Shown: piece by piece, positions 20,015 to 27,065 of the stretch | Layout: each line of letters begins with the position of its first letter | Position numbering within the stretch: position 1 is the stretch's first letter | NCBI GenBank assembly: GCA_964650355.1 | Contig: CAZYTL010000001.1 | Location: 4,018 to 68,017 of the forward strand | Direction: 5' to 3' | DNA length: 64,000 nt | From: an uncultured Gammaproteobacteria bacterium | GTDB lineage: Bacteria; Patescibacteriota; Microgenomatia; CAYXHB01; CAZYTL01 | The notes under the pieces: generated by a model | What the model was told of the DNA's origin: nothing | The model's input: the letters and a program-made list of their open reading frames with translations, nothing else | Database searches by the model: none | Made by a program: the position numbers and the translations under genes

Positions 20015-20851
20015 TTAGATTCCTAATCCTCCTAAGGGGCTTTTTGACCCGCTTCCGGCGAGAGCTTTCTGGATGCGTTTTGTTTCGGCATCCGAGCTAT
20101 CGGGTTGAGTCGGAGCGCCCGCTCCACTCTCAACTTGAGCTTTTGCCTTTTTCAGACGGCTCTTTTCTTGATCTGATAATTCTTCAGATTCACCCTCATC
20201 GTTGTTCTCGGACTCATCACCTTTGTGCTTACCGAGAAAAGCATCGACCTGCATACAAGCTTCTTTTAGTGAAACTGTAGTGCCTTTGGCGTTAGCAGCA
20301 TCGATAATTGTTTGGACCATTTTTCGATAATCTGGTTCGTGGAGAGGATGATCTTTCTTGGCTTCTTCAATTTCTTTCTGTACTGCAGTACGCACTTTCT
20401 CCTGGACTTCGATTGTCCGCTTCACACCTTCATCAATACGGGCAAGTACCCATTTAGCAAAATCAGAAGGAGTCATTTTTTGCAGTTCTTCTGCACTAGG
20501 GAGATTTAGTTCTTCATTGCCATCCATTCCTTCTTTGTTATCCTTTTCCTGGGTTTCGTCATCTTCTGGCTTTTGGTTTTTCTCAAGAGCCTCATACTCT
20601 TTAATAATTTCTTCACGGCTTTTACCGTGCCAGCGATCCTGGTTTTTGGCATCTTTCTTTTTGTCTTTAGATTTATTTTTGTCTTCCATAGATTCATCTT
20701 TTTTGTCTGATTTAGATTTATCATTTGATTTGTCTACTTCCGGCTTTTCACCACCGTTAGCTCCGTCATCAGAGGGTTCTTCCTCATCAGAAGCATCAAG
20801 AAGGGCATTTAATTCTTCCTGTTCTTTTTGTTTCATTTGTTCTTCGTCCAT
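20015..20851 (-). CDS. scaffolding protein
   Basis: Highly charged low-complexity 278-aa protein (K/E/D runs) directly upstream of the capsid gene. Confidence 0.5.
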   Translation of the reverse strand: MDEEQMKQKEQEELNALLDASDEEEPSDDGANGGEKPEVDKSNDKSKSDKKDESMEDKNKSKDKKKDAKNQDRWHGKSREEIIKEYEALEKNQKPEDDETQEKDNKEGMDGNEELNLPSAEELQKMTPSDFAKWVLARIDEGVKRTIEVQEKVRTAVQKEIEEAKKDHPLHEPDYRKMVQTIIDAANAKGTTVSLKEACMQVDAFLGKHKGDESENNDEGESEELSDQEKSRLKKAKAQVESGAGAPTQPDSSDAETKRIQKALAGSGSKSPLGGLGI

Positions 20852-20855
20852 AGGT

Positions 20856-21110
20856 TTATTCCTTTCTTAAGCTCTGAGCGGTTTCATCGCGCTCTTTAAT
20901 AACGCCGTCAACCATGCTCAAAACTTTTTTGTAGGCCTTGATCAGCTGTTTATGTTCAAGGTCTTCTTCTACTGGGCAATCCAATAGATCTTTTGTTTCG
21001 ATCTCGACTTCTTTATCGATTAAGCCTTTGATTATTTGCCAACCTTCTGTTTGGGTCATTTCCCAGACAGCTCGTCCTCTTTCTAGTTTTTCGTCTAGTT
21101 CGTTAGTCAT
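20856..21110 (-). CDS. small phage protein
   Basis: 84-aa ORF tightly packed upstream of the scaffold gene. Confidence 0.3.
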   Translation of the reverse strand: MTNELDEKLERGRAVWEMTQTEGWQIIKGLIDKEVEIETKDLLDCPVEEDLEHKQLIKAYKKVLSMVDGVIKERDETAQSLRKE

Positions 21111-21112
21111 TT

Positions 21113-21496
21113 TTATAGGTTTGGATTGGCTGGAGGAGATTCTTCCTCTGGCTGCTCCTGGTCTTCTAATCCCATGCTTTTCTTTTGAGTACCCAAACCG
21201 CCAAGTGGTCTTACTTCGTTTTCTCTCATATCCTGTAGAGTAGCGATCAAACTATCGAGTACCTCAAGGAATGTTGATTGCCCTTCGAAGTATGTATTTC
21301 TAGCTACAGTGAACAAGGAATCAACCTTGTCCCAAGTCTGAGCCTCACCTTGTGTGTTGGCTTGGTTTGGCTCCTGAGTTGGTTTATCACCCTTTTCCTC
21401 AGGCATTGGTTTTTTATTTTGGTTAGTTTGTTCGTTTTCCATAATTACTCCTTTAAGTGAAAGGGAATGGTCTTTGAGCATTCCACAGTAAGGCAC
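21113..21496 (-). CDS. acidic phage protein
   Basis: 127-aa ORF rich in E/Q/P. Confidence 0.3.
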   Translation of the reverse strand: MPYCGMLKDHSLSLKGVIMENEQTNQNKKPMPEEKGDKPTQEPNQANTQGEAQTWDKVDSLFTVARNTYFEGQSTFLEVLDSLIATLQDMRENEVRPLGGLGTQKKSMGLEDQEQPEEESPPANPNL

Positions 21497-21851
21497 CTAT
21501 ATAAATTTCTGCAGACGGGGAAGAACCACCATCAATTGTCACAACTGCTCGAAGATATCTTTTCTTGCGATCAATCTGCATTTTGTAACCGGTATCTGCT
21601 TCAACGGTTACTTCTTCGCCACCAACTGCTACTGTCGCTCCACTTGAGAAGTCTGAAACATCAGATTCCTCAATTTTTACTTTTATTGATGTCTGGTCAC
21701 CAAGATCGCCAATAGCAATGTCGATGAGTCCAGAGTCATAAGCTGGTCTATTACTTAGATACGTATCAACACCAGTTGCTTCAGTTGTTTCTGTGATGAC
21801 TCCAATAGGAAGAAGAGTCGCAGTATGAATGTTTTGATTGAGTGTTTTCAT
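21453..21851 (-). CDS. phage head-associated protein (hypothetical)
   Basis: 132-aa ORF that overlaps the next gene by 44 nt. Confidence 0.3.
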   Translation of the reverse strand: MKTLNQNIHTATLLPIGVITETTEATGVDTYLSNRPAYDSGLIDIAIGDLGDQTSIKVKIEESDVSDFSSGATVAVGGEEVTVEADTGYKMQIDRKKRYLRAVVTIDGGSSPSAEIYIGALLWNAQRPFPFT

Positions 21852-22043
21852 ATTTTGTCCAGATATATTTTTCTAAGACCAAGCAAAAAGGGCTGCAACT
21901 TCTAAACACACGCTCATTTTGCGTATATTCAGAAGCCACAGCCCCGATTGTTTCGTTAGGCTTTACTTCCTAATGAATCCAGTCTAGTGAAGGAAAATCA
22001 AAACAGCAATAAACTTTCTGTTAGTTTATGGTGATTTAGAAAA

Positions 22044-22412
22044 TTATTTTTTAGAAGACATTTTGCGGCGCATATATAAACGCCTTTCACTGCTTGGGGA
22101 TATCATCTGAACAAAAGGGAGGCTACTTGAGTGATTCAAAAAATGATTAAGGGCGTTTCTGGCTATTTCCACATCTTTCCAATAACTGATACTCACCCAA
22201 TTCTTCCCAGATTTGAGAATTTCACATCTGATAAATCCATCTTGCTTTCTGAAGAAAGCGTATTGAGCCTTTTTAACAGCCTTTAACAAAGCTTCATCAG
22301 TGATACCTTCTATAGGGCTGAATTCGTAAAACTCTATAGCCATGTTTTTATTCATTTCAAGGCTAATTGTAGCATAAATGCTAGTTATCGTCTGTAGAGT
22401 TATTGTCTGCAA
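22044..22412 (-). CDS. hypothetical small protein
   Basis: 122-aa ORF with a vague ABM/Dabb-like alpha+beta look. Not assignable. Confidence 0.3.
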   Translation of the reverse strand: MQTITLQTITSIYATISLEMNKNMAIEFYEFSPIEGITDEALLKAVKKAQYAFFRKQDGFIRCEILKSGKNWVSISYWKDVEIARNALNHFLNHSSSLPFVQMISPSSERRLYMRRKMSSKK

Positions 22413-22439
22413 AAACCTACCCTTTTAGTCAAGGGTAGT

Positions 22440-22655
22440 ATGCCAAAATATAATGTTAGAAAAAAATTCGGTAAAAGACTGAGGTTCCTTAGAAAGGAGG
22501 CTCAATTGTCCCAAGAGGAGTTGGGTTTTAAAGCCAACATTCACAGGACATATATTGGTTCGGTTGAGAGGGGAGAACAAAATGTTTCCCTGGACAATAT
22601 TTACAGACTGGCCAAAGCTCTTAAAGTCGAAATGAAAGAACTATTCGCATTTTAA
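22440..22655 (+). CDS. XRE-family (Cro/C1-type) HTH transcriptional regulator
   Basis: LRFLRKEAQLSQEELGFKANIHRTYIGSVERGEQNVSLDNIYRLAKAL is a canonical XRE helix-turn-helix. It is convergent with the retroelement RT, and its stop lies 4 nt from the RT stop. Confidence 0.75.
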   Translation: MPKYNVRKKFGKRLRFLRKEAQLSQEELGFKANIHRTYIGSVERGEQNVSLDNIYRLAKALKVEMKELFAF

Positions 22656-22658
22656 TTA

Positions 22659-23696
22659 CTAATTAGTCTGAAAATAGTGGGCGTGGTTTTTTATTTCTTG
22701 AGACAGCTTATAACCATTGCAATGAGATAAATGCCCCAAATAAGACTGTAGTGCTTGTTCCAATGCTTCTGGTGGCAAGATTCCATCTTTTATTTTTTGA
22801 GAGGTTTCTGCTAACTTTCTGAAAATTCTTTTCTTTGTTTTTGTTCTAGGTAGAATGTACTTGGGGAAAATTACATAACCCAGAAAATCAACACCAAGAT
22901 AATAATCTACAATATGTATCTTGTTTGGATGTAGAGAAAGCTTTAGTTCTGTGGCAAGAAAACTCTCCAGTTCTAAGAGTATTTTTTCTAAATATTCACG
23001 ATTATCAGACAATACTGCAAAATCATCCGCATATCGTATGTAATGTTTTACCCTCAGCTTGTGCTTCACAAGCTGATCCAGCGGATCCATGTAAATATTG
23101 GCGAAAAGCTGTGACGTTAGATTCCCAATAGGCATACCACTATTTTGATTTGGAGACTTAAAGCTTGTGATTATCTCTGTTAAGAGGTTAACAAAATCAT
23201 CGTCTTTTATCTTTGTTCTCAGAAGTTTAATCAATATCTGGTGGTCAACATTGGCAAAAAACTTCTTGATATCACATTTTAGTACCAGTAGTTTTGAGGT
23301 ATTGTTTTTACTGGCTTTTCTGGACATTTTTATGAAAGCCTGAACAGCCTTATGGGTTCCTTTTCCTTTTCGGCAGGAGTAGGAGTGAGGGTAAAAAGTC
23401 GGATCAAAAAGTTCTTCCAGCACTTTGCTGGTAAGGTGGTGAACCACTCTATCTTTTACACAGGCCTTGTGAATATGACGAACCTTAGGATCTCTAACAT
23501 AAAACTCCTGATAGCTACCATGACGATAGGTTTTTTCCTCCAGCTCTTTGTGCAAACTAAATATATTATCTTCTAAATTTCGCCCGAATAACTGAACGTC
23601 AGCTTTGCTTTTCTTTCCTTTGATAAATTCTTCCCATGCCTGGAATAAATTCTCAAGTGTTATAATCTCAGTGTAATTACTATGCCAGATTCTCAT
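22659..23696 (-). CDS. diversity-generating retroelement (DGR) reverse transcriptase
   Basis: RT motifs are present: motif 2 SYSCRKGKGTHKA, motif 3 LKCDIKKFF, motif 4 MPIGNLTSQLFANIYM, YADD, and thumb FLGY. Motif 4 reads IGxxxSQ as in DGR RTs rather than QG as in group II introns. At 345 aa it lacks X/En domains. Avd and a TR/VR pair lie alongside. Confidence 0.85.
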   Translation of the reverse strand: MRIWHSNYTEIITLENLFQAWEEFIKGKKSKADVQLFGRNLEDNIFSLHKELEEKTYRHGSYQEFYVRDPKVRHIHKACVKDRVVHHLTSKVLEELFDPTFYPHSYSCRKGKGTHKAVQAFIKMSRKASKNNTSKLLVLKCDIKKFFANVDHQILIKLLRTKIKDDDFVNLLTEIITSFKSPNQNSGMPIGNLTSQLFANIYMDPLDQLVKHKLRVKHYIRYADDFAVLSDNREYLEKILLELESFLATELKLSLHPNKIHIVDYYLGVDFLGYVIFPKYILPRTKTKKRIFRKLAETSQKIKDGILPPEALEQALQSYLGHLSHCNGYKLSQEIKNHAHYFQTN

Positions 23697-24068
23697 AAAA
23701 GTTTTGAACCGGGCAGGCTTAATTTAGACATACCGGTTTTTCAGAAAACATACGAGCTCTACAAATTCTTTTACCAACTTGTAGCTCATTTTCCTAAAAA
23801 AGACCGGTATGCTATCGGGCAGAAAATCGAAAATGGGATACTAGGTTTAATTGAGGATATTATCACCGCAAGCCAACTATCGAAGTCTGAAAAAGTGCCT
23901 ACTTTGCAGAACGCTAGTATAAAGCTTGATGTGCTTAAAGTTCTCATACGATGTTGTAAAGATTTAAAGATTATTGATAACAAAAATTACCTCCTACTTG
24001 AGTCAATGCTACAGGAAATAGGTAGGATGCTTGGTGGCTGGATTAAAGCATCTACCTATAACTCCTGA
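23682..24068 (+). CDS. avd: Avd (accessory variability determinant), four-helix-bundle protein
   Basis: 128 aa. FPKKDRYAIGQKIENGILGLIEDIITA and the C-terminal EIGRMLGGWIKA closely resemble the TIGR02436 four-helix-bundle / Bordetella phage Avd pattern (EVGRILGSWIAR). It is encoded divergently from the RT, and the two 5' ends overlap by 15 nt. Confidence 0.75.
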   Translation: MPDSHKSFEPGRLNLDIPVFQKTYELYKFFYQLVAHFPKKDRYAIGQKIENGILGLIEDIITASQLSKSEKVPTLQNASIKLDVLKVLIRCCKDLKIIDNKNYLLLESMLQEIGRMLGGWIKASTYNS

Positions 24069-24108
24069 TTTGATTTGGGGCAGTTTGTTTGTGCAGTCAG
24101 AGATAAGA

Positions 24109-24240
24109 CTACAGTGACACGGAAACCAACGTTGTCATTCGAGTTCGCCGGATGATTCCAATTGGCGTTGGCGGCACCACCATTGTCGGAGTTGCCAACA
24201 ATGACACGGTTAGACTCGCCGTCATCACGTTTCGCATTGC
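24109..24240 (-). repeat. DGR template repeat (TR)
   Basis: About 130-bp near-copy of the target gene's 3' end. On the coding (minus) strand it is adenine-rich (encodes NRVIVGNSDNGGAANANWNHPANSNDNVGFRVTVVL). The ORF 24056..24310 spanning it is regarded as non-coding template. Confidence 0.8.
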
Positions 24241-24611
24241 TTACTTTCTTTCCTGAAAGGGTATTAAACCTTTCATTATTACCACTGGCTTCTTTAACGT
24301 ACAGTTTCAAGCTTTTACTTCTTTACCAAGATTGTCCTTAATTTCTTAAGAACTCTCTCCTGTATTTTATTTGGCTCAGGTTACCCCAAGGCCTTCAAGA
24401 GTAAGCAAGTAGTTTTATCTCTCCTTAGTCAGCACTCTCCTTATAGCCGTAACCACAAGGACTCTGGCCTAGCTCTATAGAAGAGCGACTTTGTGAAATA
24501 CAGGCTTACCCGTATTTTCATTAACAAAATCTAACTTGAAGTATAAAGAAGGAGAGCGTAAAAAATCAAGGGTAAATGCTATTTATAGACTTCATATTGA
24601 AGATTGGTAAT

Positions 24612-24642
24612 TTTTCAAAAAAAGCGACCCGCTTCGCGGGTC
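24612..24642 (-). terminator. GC-rich hairpin / rho-independent terminator just 3' of the VR
   Basis: gacccgc-ttc-gcgggtc forms a 7-bp GC stem. On the minus strand it is followed by gcttttttttgaaaa. It lies about 50 nt beyond the target gene stop. Confidence 0.6.
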
Positions 24643-24688
24643 AAGGGACCAAGAATCAAGAAACCAAAAGAACCAATAATTTAAGAGA

Positions 24689-26632
24689 TCAAGTTCCAAG
24701 AACTACAGTGACACGGAAACCAACGTCGTCAGACGAGTACGCCGGAGGAGCCCAAAAGGCGTAGGCGGCACCACCACAGTCGGAGTCGCCAACAACGACA
24801 CGGCGAGACCCGCCGTCACCACGCGCTTCAGTATTAGTCCACTCGTATGTGTTGGTAGAACCCCAACCCTCACGATTTGCCAATAAATTCCATTCAACAG
24901 CTTCAAGCATCCTTACATCGGCTGATGATGGTAAACCAATTTCACTAAGAAGTTCACGTTTATTGTTTTCAATAGCTCTGTGTGCATCGTCCCAGGAAAC
25001 ATTAAAACGGTCATCAATCCCTAGTCCTTCACTTACTGGCGTTCTATCATAGTGTTCACCATAAGAAGGTTTTTGCATGGTTTCTACAGCCACCCATGTA
25101 CCTGGTAATTGAGGAAGCTCCATTCTGCCATCTTTTGCTAATCCCCAGAACCATTCTTCAAGGTTTCTTCCAACTCTATGATCTTCTCTTTCCTCGCTGG
25201 ACAAAGTTTCATATCTACGCCAGTTCGGATAACGACGTTGGATTTCATCCAAGAACCTCTCCTGGCCGTTTCTCTGGAGTTCATCCAAAATGCCAATATC
25301 AAGTTTAGGGATATATCTTAACTCAAATCCGAGACGTTCAAGATTTCTTTGAACCTCAGGAGTAACTTCTGCAGGTAGTGGTGGAACTTCTACATTTGTA
25401 CCTAAAGCTTCATTCCAAGCATCTTGCTCCTGAGATACTTCAACCGTTTCCCTTTGTCTCTCGGGAACAGCAGTCGAGCTTCGATCAAAACCACGTCTAG
25501 GAGAAACATTTTGAGGTGCAACATATTCTACGTGGCGAATCAATTCTTCAAGCTTTTGTTTGTCAACATCAGAATCAAGTTTATTTGAATAGTAATAACG
25601 GAGAGCAGCTTGAAAAGTTTCGTTGATATCACCACTATAAAACCTGAGAATAAAATCTCTAACCCTTCTGGGTTCCATACGGTCGTCATACGTAAAGGGT
25701 TGAGGTTGATCGGCAGCTATTCTTCTACCCTTAACCAGCTCTTTTGCAGCCTTATGAAATTCTTTGTATTTTCCTAAAATTGAATCTATCCCTGGAATTT
25801 CCTGTAGCTGCTCTGGTTGAAGAGCGTAGTCTTGAGAAACCAAGAAATCTTCCGGCGAGACACCTTCTTCCTGAGGAGCTAAGGTGAATAGAGCATCAGT
25901 TGAATAAGAAAATGTATCATCAGGTAACTCAGAAGGAGCTTTGAGATATACCCAACGCCTTAACTGTGCAGGATCTAGTGGTTCACGACCAAAATATCCT
26001 TTCCCGGGGGGATTCATAAGAGCAACTACTTTGGTAGTTTCTTTACTAACAGGAATCGACTCTGATGCATCTTCCGATAAAACAACTGACTCTCCACGAT
26101 TAATTGCATCTAAGACTTCGTGAAGTCTGATTACAATATTTGGAGCAGCTGAATTAAATTCATCCAAAATAATTACCTTGACCTTACCGTCTTCTTGCCT
26201 CAAACCAGAAGTAACTTTTCCGTCAGCGAATATATACTCAGGATCATCTGCACTTCTTTTGTCCGGATTGGGGATATATCTGCCCATTAGATCCTCAACA
26301 TCGGTTGCTCCGTTTAAATTAGCGTAATGTACTTCCCAACCCAAATCTGCCGCCATTTTTCTAACAGTAGTAGTTTTTCCTATGCTGGTTCCACCCTCGA
26401 TTAATATCGGATCTCCCTGTAGCCAGCTGACGGCTATATCCTTTTGCAGACCAAGTGAAAATTTATCATTAATATAGTCAGCGTATTGTTCACGGCTAGG
26501 TACAAAATGCCCCCCATCATTTTCAGCTTTGGGTAAGCGGACACCTAAGTAGGCGACAGTGTCATGACTCTCCTCAACAGGATATTCTGGTGGTGGCGTA
26601 AATTGGTGTCTTTCCATAGATTCGTCTGGCAT
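24689..26632 (-). CDS. DGR target protein: MoxR-like AAA+ ATPase with C-terminal C-type-lectin/FGE-like variable domain
   Basis: Walker A ILIEGGTSIGKTTTV, Walker B KVIILDEFN, sensor-1 VVALMNP, and RR Arg finger. The C-terminal ...SRRVVVGDSDCGGAAYAFWAPPAYSSDDVGFRVTVVLGT has the CLec-type VR signature ending GFRV. Confidence 0.75.
   Translation of the reverse strand: MPDESMERHQFTPPPEYPVEESHDTVAYLGVRLPKAENDGGHFVPSREQYADYINDKFSLGLQKDIAVSWLQGDPILIEGGTSIGKTTTVRKMAADLGWEVHYANLNGATDVEDLMGRYIPNPDKRSADDPEYIFADGKVTSGLRQEDGKVKVIILDEFNSAAPNIVIRLHEVLDAINRGESVVLSEDASESIPVSKETTKVVALMNPPGKGYFGREPLDPAQLRRWVYLKAPSELPDDTFSYSTDALFTLAPQEEGVSPEDFLVSQDYALQPEQLQEIPGIDSILGKYKEFHKAAKELVKGRRIAADQPQPFTYDDRMEPRRVRDFILRFYSGDINETFQAALRYYYSNKLDSDVDKQKLEELIRHVEYVAPQNVSPRRGFDRSSTAVPERQRETVEVSQEQDAWNEALGTNVEVPPLPAEVTPEVQRNLERLGFELRYIPKLDIGILDELQRNGQERFLDEIQRRYPNWRRYETLSSEEREDHRVGRNLEEWFWGLAKDGRMELPQLPGTWVAVETMQKPSYGEHYDRTPVSEGLGIDDRFNVSWDDAHRAIENNKRELLSEIGLPSSADVRMLEAVEWNLLANREGWGSTNTYEWTNTEARGDGGSRRVVVGDSDCGGAAYAFWAPPAYSSDDVGFRVTVVLGT
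24703..24834 (-). repeat. DGR variable repeat (VR) at 3' end of target gene
   Basis: Aligns base-for-base with the TR. Every mismatch (about two dozen) falls where the TR coding strand has A (plus-strand T), for example TR AAC codons becoming S/R/D/C/Y/F/P codons. An identical 3' block (cgttggtttccgtgtcactgtag) acts as an IMH-like end. Confidence 0.8.
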
Positions 26633-26640
26633 AGTTTTTC

Positions 26641-27048
26641 TTAGCTTTGATATGTAATACCTGCTATTTCAAGAATCCTAAAACCTGATTCTTGGGTTTT
26701 CTTAAGAGCAGCTTTAGTTAATACATAAATAATTGTAACGCCTTTATAAATTGGTGTTACCATCTGAGATTTCAGATTGAACTTATCATAAATCTCAACC
26801 TGGCCTGTGGGGTACTGTACCGCAAAATCATATAGGTCTTTAGGCAAAACATCTTTAATCACCACAAAAGACTTAGAAGCTTTTTCAACTTGTTTAAATA
26901 AATCTGATGTATCAACTGCTTGTCTGAACTCGCCTTCACTCAATTTTTTTATAAAATCCTCAAGCTCATTTTCGTCCTTGGCGATCATGAGTGAAACCTC
27001 TTTTTGTGAATTGGCGAATTTTAGAAAATCTTTTATCGTATTTGTCAT
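26641..27048 (-). CDS. hypothetical protein between the AAA+ and vWA genes
   Basis: 135-aa ORF packed tightly between the two genes. Confidence 0.35.
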   Translation of the reverse strand: MTNTIKDFLKFANSQKEVSLMIAKDENELEDFIKKLSEGEFRQAVDTSDLFKQVEKASKSFVVIKDVLPKDLYDFAVQYPTGQVEIYDKFNLKSQMVTPIYKGVTIIYVLTKAALKKTQESGFRILEIAGITYQS

Positions 27049-27065
27049 ATATTATTCATAGTATA

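Noticed and set aside
20358-20870. 170-aa Ser-rich plus-strand ORF
   Set aside because: It is the antisense frame of the K/E/D-rich scaffold gene. Its low-complexity composition is an artefact of the opposite strand.
22040-24100. Group II intron carrying the RT as intron-encoded protein
   Set aside because: The RT is only 345 aa with no X or En domains. Motif 4 is IGNLTSQ (DGR-type). The region 3' of the RT stop is occupied by a convergent XRE gene rather than domains V and VI. An Avd gene and a TR/VR pair with A-specific mismatches are present. No GUGYG...AY boundaries were seen.
24056-24310. 84-aa minus-strand ORF (MKLYVKEASGNNERF...GFRVTVVLSLTAQ...)
   Set aside because: It spans the DGR template repeat. 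Its Asn-rich sequence is the adenine-rich template of the VR rather than an independent protein, and it has no upstream gene context.
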